A DNA stretch of 63,870 nucleotides, filler included, from Octopus bimaculoides (GCF_001194135.2; 7 parts of 7 records of this genome joined end to end with filler, not necessarily neighbours in it), one strand, 5' to 3'; shown: positions 13,803 through 28,880, counted from the whole stretch's first letter. The notes: generated from the letters alone by a model not told the origin. Made by a program: numbers and translations.

Positions 13803-14701
13803 AAGTCAAGCATACGTATATACACATTTGTGTCCCTGTATCCCTGTATAAACCCTTCCCTCTACAAAGACACACGTATATGCCTTCTGAGAAATACAAG
13901 CTTACACAGACAGAGACAATGAAATGCAAAGTTGAAAAATTCTTGTTTATGTTACTGAGATTTTCTATTTGGAAAATACCCTTCAGCTGTAAAGACAACG
14001 TCTTATGAATGAAGCTAAACTTTTGAATAAGTGAACTTGTAAATTGTCTCGCTTCTTTGATCAGCCTTCGGTGAAATTACTGCTTCTACGAATGAGTTAA
14101 TAATGTTTCATTAATTGACTTCTAAATAGATAAGAGGATATTACAGGAAATGGCTTTCTATTTCTTCCGTTTTGTTTTTCAATTATTTAAACTCAAAATT
14201 GACCGCGTTTCTAATTCTGTTTTTCATGAGATTAGACTTAATAACTTTCGAAACGAAGAACAAAAACAAAACATAAAAGTAAAACCAAATCAAATATAAT
14301 GAAATAAATAAAAATAAACGATCAAGTAAAAATAAATACACAAGCGATTCGAGAAAGCTTTATCATCCAGCAATTTTTCTAGGAAGAAGTACAAACAAGC
14401 GATGTAATGGATGGATTTAGTAAAAATTTTATGGAAATTATAATGGAGAAGATTTCGCTAAATTAAATTTCCGAGTGTTCCTGATCAACACGAAATCTTA
14501 TTATTTCGATACATACTTATTCCATAATTACTTTGGATACATAATTACTAATTTAATTGCTGAGCTCGGTTTAGCCTCCGCTTTATTTGAAAAAGAGAGT
14601 TATAAGTATTATTTAATTTTCAAAATTTACCTCCGCGTGAAGATAAAATATAGAGCTGCCATTTTTGGTGTTGTTGTTGTTGTTGTTATTATTATTAAAG
14701 C

Positions 14702-15080
14702 GGCGAGCTGGCAGAATCGTTAGTACGCTGGACCAAGTGCTTAGCGGTATTTCGCCTGTCGCTCCGTTCTAAGTTCAAATTCCTCCGAGGTCGACTTTGC
14801 CTTTCATCCTTTCGGGGTCGATAAATTAAGTAATAGTGAAACAATGCGGTTGATGTAATCGACTTAATCCCCTCTCCTCAACTTTCAGGCCTTGTGCCTA
14901 TAGTAGAAAGGATTATTATTATTATTATTATTATTGTTATTATTATTATTATTATTCCGAGGTCGACTTTGCCTTTCATCCTTTCGGGGTCGATGAAATA
15001 AGTACCAGTTACGCACTGGGTCGAGGTAATCGACTATCCCCACTCCCAAATTTTCAAGCCTTGTGCCTACAGTTGAAAAG

Positions 15081-15157
<77 letters not shown>

Positions 15158-16503
15158 GAACACGAAGGCTGTGAATTGGAAAATAACGTTAGCGCATTGG
15201 ATAAAATACCTAGTTGCATTTCTTCCGGCCATTTAGTTCTGAGTTCCAATCCCGTCGAGCTCAACTTTTCCTTTCATCCTTTCAGGGTCAATAAAGTACA
15301 GTACTGGGATCGGCGTAATCGACTTACCCCTCCCCTTAAAACTGCTGGCCTCGTGTCGAAGATTGAAAGCGTGAAGATGGTAAACTGGCAGAGTTATTAG
15401 TACGTGTGACAAAATACTTTGTGGCCCTTTGCGTTTTGCGTTCAAATCCCACCGGGTCAATCAAACATACCTTTCATCCTCTGGAGGTCGCTAAAATAGA
15501 GTACTAGTCAAGTACTAGGATCTATTTAATCGACTAACTCTATCCTACTAAAACTACCAACATTATACTAAAATTTAAAAATTACCAAAATGAAAAAGTG
15601 GGCAGCGTGCCGGTAGAATTTTTGGCGCACTGGACAGAATGCCAAGTGGCATTTCATCCTTTTTTCGTTCTGAGTTCAAATTCTGTTGATACTGACATTG
15701 CCCCTCATCCTTTTGGAATCGGTGAAATAAGTACCAGTTGGATAATCGACTCACCCCGCTTCCTCAAAACTCCAAGCCTTATGACTACAGTAAAACGAAT
15801 TGTTATTACAATTCTGTTTGACTCACGTAGTATGAAGACATATTTTTGATTTTCGCTTTTTGAAGATCAATCTATTCAAGTATTACGAAAGGAAAATTTC
15901 ATTGGAGTATTTATAAAAAAGAGTAATAGCCTAAAGAGAGGTTTTCTTCGATATTCGGGACCTGGGTTGGGTAAACAACAGAAAAGTAGGTTTGTTTCAC
16001 AAACTTTTAAAATTCTTTTTACAAATATTGCATTTTCACATTTCAAAATGGTTACGTCACAGAAGTATATTATTTTCTACTCAAGGCACAAGGCCCAAAT
16101 TTTTTGGAGAGGGTGCGCAGTCGATTAGATTGACCCCTGGTACGCAACTGGTACACAATTTATCTACCCCGAAACGATGAAAGGCAAAGCCGACCTCGGC
16201 GGAATTTGAACTCAGAACGTAACAGCAGACGAAATACCTACAAGCATTTCTCCCGGCATGCTAACGTTTCTTATTTCTTTATTGCCCACAAGGGGCTAAA
16301 CATAGAGGGGACAAGAAATGACAGGCAAAGAAATTGAGTCAATTATATCGAGCCATTGTGTAACTGGTACTTATTTAATCGACCCCGAAAGGATGGAAGG
16401 CAAAGTCGACCTTGGAGGAATTTGATCTCTGAACGTAAAGACAGACGAAATACCACTAAGCGTTTCACCCGGCGTGCTAATGTTTCTGCCAGCTCGTCGC
16501 CTT
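14702..16503. mobile_element. SINE family A array: five + copies (14702, 14957, ~15165, ~15385, ~15598), then two - copies (16072-16270, 16271-16503)
   Basis: Repeated A/B-box heads and gtcgac..cggggtcgat bodies, with (ATT)n tails at 14912-14956 and 15081-15115. Confidence 0.8.
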
Positions 16504-16749
16504 TTTACACAACTACATTAAAAGACTAAATACTAGAATAGCAGGAAAAACAATACAAAATCAATGCATTCAACAGATTTACAAAAGGAATTAGAAAATG
16601 TACACATTAGGTAACAATTTACCGAAGAAAATGTCTGCTAAACTTAAATAATTTTACATTAAAGACAGCGATAGTAATGACAATAGCAATAACTGAAGAG
16701 ACTCTTACATGGAGCGAAATGCTGTGGTTTGTTCATATAATACCTATGT

Positions 16750-17070
16750 GAAAGCTGTGTAAGCACGTGACTTAGTGGTCAGGGTATTCGGCTGACGATC
16801 GTGAGACTATAAGTTCGATTTCAGGCTGCGCGTTTTTTCCTTGTGTGAGATATTTTGTTTCTCGTTCCTCTAATCCACTCACCTGGCAAAAATGGTTCAT
16901 ACCTGTAATTCAAAGAGTTAACTCTGTCATACTAAATCTCCCTGAGAACTACGACAAAGGGACGCGTGTCGGGAAGAGTGGTCAGTCACTTGCACGTTAA
17001 TTTCAAGAGCTGGCCGTTCCGTTGATCGGATAAACCAGAGCCGAGGTCGTCGTAACCGACGGAATACCAG
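16750..17070 (+). mobile_element. Composite SINE: family D head plus family C 3' module
   Basis: The head resembles 2271-2390, and the tail from acctgtaattcaaag to gtcgtcgtaaccgacgg matches 33965-34140. Confidence 0.65.
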
Positions 17071-17139
17071 ATGTGTGAAAGCTAACCTCCCTTTAATTCG
17101 AAATCAGCAAATGGAATGTTTAGATCTTACAGATTTACA

Positions 17140-17729
17140 AGAATAAAATGTTGCCGGGCGAATTTCGTGAATTTGAACAGCATTTCTTTGCCACTGAAGA
17201 TAATCCAGAAGATGGCTAAGAGAGTTCAAATCCCGCCGAAACTAACCTAGTCGCTTATCTTTTCGGAGTTTGATTAAATGAAGTTCCAGTCAAGCACAAA
17301 AGTCGATGTCTGCGACTCCTGTATTCCTCCCCTCAAATTTGCAGGTCTTGTGCCGCATTCTTCTTCTTCTTCTTCTTCTTCTTCTTCTTCTTCTTCTTCT
17401 TCTTCTTCTTCTTCTTCTTCTTCTTCTTCTTCTTCTTCTTCTCGCCCGTCGCTACGTTCTGGGTTTAAATTCCACCGAGGTCGACTTTACCGNNNNNNNN
17501 NNNNNNNNNNNNNNNNNNNNNNNNNNNNNNNNNNNNNNNNNNNNNNNNNNNNNNNNNNNNNNNNNNNNNNNNNNNNNNNNNNNNNNNNNNNNNNNNNNNN
17601 NNNNNNNNNNNNNNNNNNNNNNNNNNNNNNNNNNNNNNNNNNNNNNNNNNNNNNNNNNNNNNNNNNNNNNNNNNNNNNNNNNNNNNNNNNNNNNNNNNNN
17701 NNNNNNNNNNNNNNNNNNNNNNNNNNNNN

Positions 17730-17778
<49 letters not shown>

Positions 17779-18005
17779 AGCAGTGATCTGGCAGAATCGT
17801 TATAACGCCGGGAGAAATGCTTAGCGGTATTTGGTTCGCCGCTACGTTCTGAGTTGAAATAATTCCACCGAGGTCGACTTTACCTTTCATCCTTTCGGGG
17901 GGGGGGTCGATATATTAAGTACCAGTCAAGTACTGGGGTCGATCTAATCGACTAGGTCCCTTCCTCCAAACTGCAGGCCTTGTGCCTATAATAGAGCAAG
18001 ATTAC

Positions 18006-18046
<41 letters not shown>
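17140..18046 (+). mobile_element. SINE family A cluster (about 17140-17355, 17443 into gap, 17779-18000 plus (ATT)n)
   Basis: Same head, body and tail motifs as the other family A copies. Confidence 0.75.
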
Positions 18047-18048
<2 letters not shown>

Positions 18049-18760
18049 ATGATCTTTTGATTAGTTTCATGCAAGTGTCTTGCATCATTAGGTGCAGCTC
18101 TCCATATTACGCAACATTGGAAACATGCATCATTTTCCGTTGCTGTATAATAACATCATCCTACGCTCAACAATTTCATGCGAACTTCTACTGTATAACC
18201 AAGTGCAGTGTCTCTCTCTCTTCCCGATGTTCCTGCAGTATTATCTTAAAAACAAAAGGGTTGTGCTAATGTTTAATATATTTTCAATGCTTTTATGTAG
18301 GATTTACTTTGTTACTTCCAGTGTTATTTCGATGGTTCATCTATAAAGAATTCTATATGGTTTGTGTTATTTTGTTCGCTGGTGATTGTATTACGTATGT
18401 GTTGTATTATGTGTTACAGTTTAAGTGGGTGGTTGCACAGAATATGTATTGTGTGGGTTGTGTTATAATTATTCAATTGATACTGTAAATAACGTGCAAC
18501 AAAATCTCTGTGAAATAGAGATCCCTAAACAAGAACAATCCTTAACATAATTAGAATATCAATGAGGGACAATCATGCAGTGTCGATGTATGGTATAATA
18601 TTGTATATGCAACAAAAGCCACCGTAAACCGGGAAATCAAGAAATTTCTAAACAAGTTTGACTCCACGAGAACTAGAAGTTCGTGAATGATATTTTGGAA
18701 ACTATGAGAATACAAAAGACCCAACGTTCACAGTAATTAGCAACAATAACACACACACAC

Positions 18761-18839
<79 letters not shown>

Positions 18840-18855
18840 AAGCACACAACACACA

Positions 18856-18965
18856 GGTGCAGGCATGCCTGTGTGGTATAAAGTTTGCGTTCTATAACCA
18901 CATGGTTCCGGGTTCAGTTCCACTGCCAAGACTGGTAGACGGAAACTGAAATAAGCCCATCTTAC
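18856..18965 (+). mobile_element. SINE family B head with an internal deletion
   Basis: ggtgcaggcatg.ctgtgtggt..ggttccgggttcagttccactgc..gtagacggaaactgaa, then (TATC)n. Confidence 0.7.
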
Positions 18966-18966
18966 A

Positions 18967-19037
<71 letters not shown>

Positions 19038-19767
19038 ATATAAAATATACAAGAATAAGGGCAGAGAATCGTCAATTAATAATAGAATTAATAATTAACA
19101 ATTCTGCCAAGTAGTTCAGTATGAAAAAAACCTTTATCGGTAAAAACTATTTATCATTATAAATATACATATANNNNNNNNNNNNNNNNNNNNNNNNNNN
19201 NNNNNNNNNNNNNNNNNTTAATTAATTAANNNNNNNNNNNNNNNNNNNNNNNNNNNNNNNNNNNNNNNNNNNNATATATATATATATATATACATGTATA
19301 TATATGTATATATATATATGTATGTATATTTATGTGCGTATCTATATATCAATGTATATAAGAAAGTGGTACCATTTTTCTTAATAGCATTTCTATATGT
19401 GGCCGAGACCAAACACGTTCATCCATTTTTAACGGTCAACCGAGTGACCCGGCAAGAGTCAGAATTCTCTGCTGAAGAGTTCTATTATGGTAACAATGTC
19501 TGGAATCAATAACTTGCAATTTCGTTCCTTCCTTGCTTGATGAGTGCGTGTGCGTGTATGTGTGTGTGTGTGTATGTGTGTGTATTGTGAGTATGTGCGT
19601 GCGCGTGTTGGTTTTGCGTTTCGTGTGTGTATGTATGTGTATGTATGTGATGTGTGTGTATGTGTATTTGCTTATGCATGTCTCGCTCTCTTTCTCTCTC
19701 TCTTTCGTTAAAAATATATGTGTGTGTTTGTTTGCGTGTGTATACATGTATATATATACATATGTAT

Positions 19768-19803
<36 letters not shown>

Positions 19804-19903
19804 GTATATATATATATATGTATATATATGGGTATATACATATGTGTGTATTGTATACACAGACCCGTGCACAATCACACACGTTTATATATTTTCTTAT
19901 TAT

Positions 19904-19942
<39 letters not shown>

Positions 19943-19961
19943 NNNNNNNNNNNNNNCTCTC

Positions 19962-20034
<73 letters not shown>

Positions 20035-20130
20035 TGAGGGAGAGAAATATATACAAATATATACAAATATTTATATCCATATATTTTAACATAGATGATT
20101 TATATATGTATATATAGATATATATATATG

Positions 20131-20203
<73 letters not shown>

Positions 20204-21166
20204 GCATATGTATGTGTGTTTTTGTGCGTGACTTTCTGCGCGCACGTGTGTGTTTGTGTGTGTGTGTGAATATAACAATTTATGTAGATATGTACACTAA
20301 GCCATACACACATATCTACACGCAAGCACTCAAGCACATTACTTACATACATATATACATACACATACATAAATACATACATACATGCATACATAGATAC
20401 AAACACAAACACACCTACACACATGCATATATATATATATATACATACATAATTTAGTCTTTCCCTTTTCTTATTTCCACTGAAACCAGAAGTGGTCGGT
20501 TTTATTTCGGGAACAAATCTACTCTGTTGGTTCATTAAAAACGACCGCAATGGTTACTATGTCAGTATAACGCCATACTTTACCAAATTATAAACAAAAC
20601 ATAGAAAACGAGCTAAATATACATGTGGCCAGCATTAACTAATCGATTGATGGCGTATTACTTTCTATTTTGACAACACTTTAAGATAATAGTAAGCAGA
20701 AACTAATCGATATGTTTCCTAGGCCTAAAATGGTTTCATTTCTCTCTCTCTTCTTTTTCTTCATTTTCGCTTGGTTTTATTTATTAATTCGTCTTACTGG
20801 AGAATTATTATTATTATGATTGGACCGGGAGAATCGTTCTAGCGTCAGATAAAATGTCTTGTGATATCTATAATAATAAACGGCAAGCTTGTGTGTTTGT
20901 GAATTTGTGATTTTAACTCCTCCAAGACTATCCAACAGACCTTGAGGAAACTTGACCCGTGTGTGGGTGGGGTTTATGCCCATGCAGTCACTTACGCCCT
21001 TGGAATTTTAAAACAATCGATTTTTAACCAGCATTGATTATTAATCAGCATCGATTTTTCAAAAATCGTAAAATTTCGCCATTTTTCGCACGAGCCATCA
21101 TGACTTCAATTTCACGAAAAATGCCGAAATTTGACGAAATTTGTTTTATGGGTATAAACTGACGGC

Positions 21167-21392
21167 TTTTTTTTTTTAGGGCCACCTTCGGTCATGGCCG
21201 ACCATGGGTGTCACATCCGTCCATTTATTGTCTAGGTTGGGCCGCTTGGCTTGTACAACACCTCCTGTAGCTATGGAGACCAATGCGAGAATATCAGTTT
21301 CGGTCGCATAGATTGCACCTGTGTGTGCATTCTGGTCTGTTGCCTGTCGATCCCTTACGTCGGGCTCGCTTTTCTGTATGTGGTCAATGCAC
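21167..21392 (-). mobile_element. RTE-clade LINE 3' end with poly(A)
   Basis: The minus strand reads EKRARRK..THRCNLCDRN*YSRIGLHSYRRC, the RTE C-terminal zinc-finger-like motif. A short 3'UTR ccatggtcggccatgaccgaaggtggcc and an A-run follow. Confidence 0.75.
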
Positions 21393-21453
<61 letters not shown>

Positions 21454-21471
21454 TAATAATAATAATCATAA

Positions 21472-21625
21472 CATCTAAAAATACCTTAGGAATGAGAACC
21501 CAGGTTCGAAATTTCCCCCCAGACACTTGATGAAGGCTGGAGGGTATATCAGCCGAAACGTTGTGTTAACAACAAACAAGATGAGGACAAATATCCGTCA
21601 AATGTAAATAATGTAAATAATGTAC
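21472..21625 (+). mobile_element. Penelope-like terminal repeat fragment containing a minimal type I hammerhead ribozyme motif (21523-21566)
   Basis: acac-TTGATGA-a-ggctg/cagcc-GAA-ACGT-T-gtgt. A second related copy lies at 57760-57916. Confidence 0.6.
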
Positions 21626-22692
21626 TTTGCAGACTAGTTTTGCCTTTATCTAAAAATGAAGGTAAGTTTCTTTTTCAACCTTCTCGCTTCATTATATATA
21701 AATTTGGTGGGAAAATGTTTTCATGTTTCCCTATCAGCTTCGTTTTATTTGTTTCTGAGTAATTTTCTAGTGCTACTGTTGTTATTTTCTAATATTTCTT
21801 TTATTTGTATCAAACTTCACCCTCTTTGAGTGCTGAGTAGATGTAACGTATCGAGATCAGATTTGTAGTTTGGTTCTTTGTAAGCCTTTCAAGGAAATTA
21901 ATTGAGAAAACTACTGTATTTATATCAACTATCTTATTTCTAACATTAAGTTGATTATTAATTACTTTCCCCTCTTCTGTAGTTCTCTTATCAAATTGTT
22001 GTATCGACGCCCCTAGGTGAAGAAGTAGGATCTCCCAAGACATATAAATAGAGGTAGTCTGGCCGTGGTAGGAGTGTTGAGTAGCAGTCGAGTAGCAGTT
22101 GTGCAGCGGTTGAGTAGAGATCATCCGAAGATGCTAGATAGCAGTAGCTTGAGACATAACACAGATACAAAGAGGCTTTATCAATTCCTCGTGTTTTGGA
22201 GCATGCATTGTAGTTGTCTCATTCAAATTATTCAATTTCAGATTTTTAACAGACGGAATCTTAACAGACAGAATTTTACTTGTTTGCACAGTTTTTTGAG
22301 GGGGTGTTTCCCCGAGTAAATGCTATCTTGGATTTAATATAAAAGAAAAACAGAAAAATAAAATTGAGTCCAAAACTGATAGACGTTATGTCTATCCCGG
22401 TATGGGGTAGATGTCCAACGCATTACAGGAGGTTTCATGATGAAATTCATTCGAAAAGAAATATTTGTTTTCAGTTGTACTTGGCAAAATTCCAAAAATA
22501 CATCTGCTCACAGCCAAATTCAAACATGATAATAATTCTTTTATTTATTTGCCACAAGGGCCCGCGCATAGAGTAACGTTTTATATAAAGGTTTACTGGA
22601 TATTTGAAGATCTACAATCAATCGTTGTGGTATAAAAAATTAGTTGCGATACAATAACATCACAGAATACATAGGAACAGTTTAAGACTTTG

Positions 22693-23945
<1,253 letters not shown>

Positions 23946-24439
23946 TTATTATTACTCGTTTCGTTAGAAGCTGGTCATTGACCTGCGGAGATGAATTTAA
24001 AAAAAAATTATCCCATTTTCAATTAATTAATTGCTTTTTGAATTCCTACTTTGTAGTATGATGGCGCTTTAGATTGAGGCCGACGGAGTACTTGGTTTGA
24101 AGGGCCTTTAAGGTGACTCCCGATTTAACCCAGGTAAGTGTGNNNNNNNNNNNNNNNNNNNNNNNNNNNNNNNNNNNNNNNNNNNNNNNNNNNNNNNNNN
24201 NNNNNNNNNNNNNNNNNNNNNNNNNNNNNNNNNNNNNNNNNNNNNNNNNNNNNNNNNNNNNNNNNNNNNNNNNNNNNNNNNNNNNNNNNNNNNNNNNNNN
24301 NNNNNNNNNNNNNNNNNNNNNNNNNNNNNNNNNNNNNNNNNNNNNNNNNNNNNNNNNNNNNNNNNNNNNNNNNNNNNNNNNNNNNNNNNNNNNNNNNNNN
24401 NNNNNNNNNNNNNNNNNNNNNNNNNNNNNNNNNNNNNNN

Positions 24440-24484
<45 letters not shown>

Positions 24485-24645
24485 TGTGTTTTTGTGTGTA
24501 CGTGCGTGTGAGGGATAGGTTCACGTAATGTCGTAATACAGTTTTCCCTTTCTCCTTTCAGAATCGCTCTATGATCGATGCAATTAGCTATATATTTCTC
24601 TCAAAATCCATTCCGCCTATGCTGTAGGAAAACATGTGGACTAAT

Positions 24646-24785
24646 ACTGAGGCAGTTTAGCTTACGTTTGTAGGGTTGTGTGTTCAGGTCCTAGATCGGC
24701 GCGACCTGTTGTGTTCTTGATTATAGCGCTTCCTTTCACGTTGCCCATAGTCTACTCAAATGTAAATGAGTACTAGCTATCTCTG
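24646..24785 (+). mobile_element. SINE family D, diverged
   Basis: gttgtgttcttga..tttcacgttgc..actcaaatgtaaatgagta. Confidence 0.45.
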
Positions 24786-24848
24786 TACTCTATCACGCCA
24801 CACATCTTCCTTTTGCCCTACTTCCCCGGTCACTGACGTACATTCCAG

Positions 24849-25090
24849 CCTAGCGCTTCCACTCTCCTCTGTGTGATCAAACTTTTCCTCACTCTTAACT
24901 GTTGCCCGTGTGTTAGAGACTTCCAACAGTAGATACCTGGGGTGGCTATGGGCACCAGTTTTGGCACGGACTACGCAAACGTTTTCGCTGGGTTACGCTG
25001 AGTTGACTTTATTAGCACCACTTCTTTCTTACTTTCAATCTCTAACTATCTCCCACTTTTTTCTCTTTTAACGTATTTATCGATGAACGT
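24849..25090 (+). mobile_element. Penelope-like element reverse-transcriptase remnant
   Basis: Reads PSASTLLCVIKLFLTLNC..FQQ*IPGVAMGTSFGTDYANVFAG (PLE RT motif GVAMGT..YAN). A degenerate FIDE, for YIDD, lies at about 25076. Confidence 0.6.
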
Positions 25091-25450
25091 AGCTCTCCCC
25101 TATGAATGCATACAACTCTCATACTTCTCTTTCACTCACTCAGTCACTCACTCTTTCTCTTTCTTTTGCTCAAGCTATTCTCATTCATCTGTACTTCAAA
25201 ATATAACCTAGTGTCTAACCTCTCTTATGTCTCCTATACAGTGAATTTGCATCTGTCTCTATTTCTCTCTATCTTATTTATAATTTTTCATCCTTCGTTT
25301 CCCAATCAAACATTGAAATCTTGCTCTCCCACTCACTCTCTAAGAAACTTTCCAACCGTAGCGATGGTGCTGTTGTTTTTCTGGACCATCAGCAGGAGCA
25401 GCAGCAGCAGCAGTAGCAGCAGTAGCAGCAGCACCACCACCACCACCACC

Positions 25451-25481
<31 letters not shown>

Positions 25482-25737
25482 TCACCACCACCACCACCAC
25501 CACAAAGCTGTGCATCTTGCAAACACACAAAGAAATAAAACAAACGCAGAAAACGTCGGTATTTCTCCGATTAATTTTTATGATAAATACATTCTTTTAG
25601 CTAAACAAACCACCACCAACACCACCACCANNNNNNNNNNNNNNNNNNNNNNNNNNNNNNNNNNNNNNNNNNNNTTAATTAATTAANNNNNNNNNNNNNN
25701 NNNNNNNNNNNNNNNNNNNNNNNNNNNNNNTATATAT

Positions 25738-25791
<54 letters not shown>

Positions 25792-25792
<1 letters not shown>

Positions 25793-25955
25793 CGATGGAC
25801 TTCTTTTAGCTCCCGTCTACCAAGTCCGCTGATAAGGCTTTGGTCGGACCAAGGCTACAGAAGAAGACACTTGCCCAAGGCACCCCCACAGCAGGAATGA
25901 ACCGGGAACGATGTGGCTGGGGAGCAAGCTTCTTACCAACACAGCTATGCCCGCA
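25792..25955 (-). mobile_element. SINE family B head
   Basis: ccgtctacc..ggctttggtcgg..gacacttgcccaagg..gcttcttacca. Confidence 0.7.
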
Positions 25956-26334
25956 CATGTTACAAACTACCAGATCTTACTCAATAGCGAGTGACGGCTT
26001 GGGGTTTTGAAGTCAAGAATTAGCTGAGTTCTTAAGAACACCTCACCAGATTCTGTTAGTTTTTTGTTCCAGTTTCCAATAAAAAGTCTTGGAATCCTGC
26101 TGGAGTCAGCTGTGCTTTTCAACATTTCTCGGTCGATAAAATAAAGTTCAAGTCTAGAGTAATTCATTATTAACATTGCAAAAACGTTGCTGTAATTGCT
26201 CTAGCTCATTGCGTTTTGAATTCACCTGCATTGATCTTTGTTTTCTTCTTAGACAACATCGGTTACATACAGAGAGGTGACATACTGCTGGATCTTTCGT
26301 CAAATAAATAAATAGAATAAACAAACAAGTATAT

Positions 26335-26670
26335 AGGTGCAGGCGTGGCTGTGTGGTAAGAAGCCACAAGGTTCCAGATTCAGTTACCCTGCATGCCACT
26401 TTGGGCAACTGTTTTCTTCCATAGCCGCGAGCCAATCAAATTTTTGTGAGTTTGTATCTGTCCCACACCGTTTGACAACCGGTGCCTCAGAATGATCCCA
26501 CTCTAATGACTGAAAGAAGGAAAAGACAAAAGATAAAAGATTTATGTATGTATAGGCCGTAACAAAATACAAGTACTGAGGACGATTTCTTCAACTTAAA
26601 CCCTTCATGGTGGTGTGCCCCACATGGTCGCAATCCAATGACTGAAACGAGTATAAAGATAAAAGATAAA
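26335..26670 (+). mobile_element. SINE family B, diverged
   Basis: ggtgcaggcgtggctgtgtggtaagaag head and atgactgaaacgagtataaagataaaag tail. Confidence 0.6.
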
Positions 26671-26865
26671 CCTAGCCCAGATCTACATCTTGGTTGACGG
26701 ACGACTTACAATGTGCTGCTTGTTTATTGAAGATAGCGGGTGGTTCCTTCCTCTCTGTACATTCCACTAGTTTTTTGAGACCACGAAATAAAGATTTTTA
26801 TGGGCATTTTTACTCAACCCCACCACTATCTCCCTAACTCTCTCTTCCTTAGTTACGCATATACG

Positions 26866-26899
<34 letters not shown>

Positions 26900-27439
26900 C
26901 ACACACATATGTGTGTGTGAGTGTGTCTATACACATGGCTGCGTGTATCTAGCCCATTCAGAAAATGTGTGTACGTATGTATGTATGCATATACACACAC
27001 ACATATATATGTATACATATATACACACACACACATACACACACATATATATATACATACATACATACATACATACATACATGCATGCATATAGATATGT
27101 ACACTTGCATATATTGATGTATGTGTGTAGGTGAGTGTGTTTGTATGTATATATATAATCTTGCGATATTTTCTGCCATAATTCTTCATTTTTATTACTA
27201 AAAAATTCTAACACTTGTACTTGTTGTTGATGTTGGTGTTGGTGATGTTGTTACAGCAGAATTTTTATTGTTGTTGCTGTTGTCGTCACTGGTGTATTTG
27301 TTTATTTGGCTGAAAATGGACGCGATAGTAAATCAGGAGAGTGTTAGGTTGTGTCTGCTGTTGTTCTTCTTTTTCTTCTTCTTCTTTTAGTATCATGTCA
27401 GCGATGACTGAACAGACACAGGCTATGAGATAGATAGAC

Positions 27440-27505
<66 letters not shown>

Positions 27506-27510
27506 GTAGG

Positions 27511-27586
<76 letters not shown>

Positions 27587-27732
27587 CNNNNNNNNNNNNN
27601 NNNNNNNNNNNNNNNNNNNNNNNNNNNNNNNNNNNNNNNNNNNNNNNNNNNNNNNNNNNNNNNNNNNNNNNNNNNNNNNNNNNNNNNNNNNNNNNNNNNN
27701 NNNNNNNNNNNNNNNNNATGAGATAGATAGAC

Positions 27733-27790
<58 letters not shown>

Positions 27791-27791
27791 T

Positions 27792-27835
<44 letters not shown>

Positions 27836-28410
27836 CAGATATAGATAGAGAGAGAGAGAAAGGGACAGAGGGATAATCTGCGATAAATCAGTAGGAACGG
27901 CGAAGCGTCGAACTAAATGATTCTCTGTATTCATTCACATCTCCGCCTTTTCTCATCAATTTCTCTTTCCACACTCCTCCTACTCTTTCTACCACGACGT
28001 CCACCTCCTCCTCCTCCACCTCTTTCTTCCATATTAAATACAAATGCTTTTTAAGACCCTTTTGGGGCTGTTAGTATTCTAAATTGCTTAGCATTACTTT
28101 CTAAATATTCAGCGTTTCAGACATTAAATTTCTCTACACTGACAACTTACCACGTACCCGGCCCCACATTTTATGGGGGTAAGTCGTCTCTGTTGTGTCT
28201 GTCACATTAGTCATGTAAAATATCAGGAACGTACCCTTCTTCGTTTCCAGACTATGTATATATACACCCCCATACATACATATTTGTCCGAAACTACAAA
28301 GATAATCTGGAACTCGACTGACGAAAGAAAACTCCGAATGACCCGTCCTTGTACCATTCGTCTCGATGTTTCGTTGTCACCTGTCGCGTTCTTGTACCAT
28401 TTTCTTGTAT

Positions 28411-28741
28411 TCGACGGGGTTCCTGTTGATCCGATCAACTGAACAGCCTGCTCGTGAAATTAACGTGCAAGTGGCTGTGCACTCCACAGACACGTGTACC
28501 CTTAACGTAGTTCTCAGGGAGATTCAGCGTGACACAGAATGTGACAAGGTGACAAGGCTGGCCCCTTTGAAATACAGGTACAGCAGAAACAGGAAGATAG
28601 AGTGAGGGAAAGTTGTGGTGAAAGAATGAAGCAGGGTTCGCCACCCTACCCCCTGCCGGATCCTCGTGGAGCTTTAGGTGTTTTCGCTCAATAAACACTC
28701 ACAACGCCCGGTCTGGGAATCGAAACCGCGACCCTATGATT
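28411..28741 (-). mobile_element. SINE family C
   Basis: Reverse complement of about 33810-34120, with an 8-bp duplication gtgacaag at 28541-28557. Confidence 0.85.
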
Positions 28742-28764
28742 GTCGTATATATATATATATATAT

Positions 28765-28880
28765 ACGACAGACTTCTCTTTCAGTTTCCGTCTACCAAAT
28801 CCTCTCAGAAGTCTTTGGCCGGCCCGAGCCTATAGTGGAAGACACTTGCCCAACTTGCCCAAGGTGCCACGTGGCGGGGA
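28765..28880 (-). mobile_element. SINE family B partial head
   Basis: tttcagtttccgtctaccaaatcc..gacacttgccca (9-bp duplication) aggtgccacg. Confidence 0.7.

Noticed and set aside
14702-15810. CRISPR-like repeat/spacer appearance
   Set aside because: The units are about 200-bp diverged SINE copies in eukaryotic DNA, with no cas genes.
22405-22450. RCPTHYRRFHDEIH resembling the C..Y..RHD motif of Dong elements
   Set aside because: It is too short and has no flanking endonuclease motifs.
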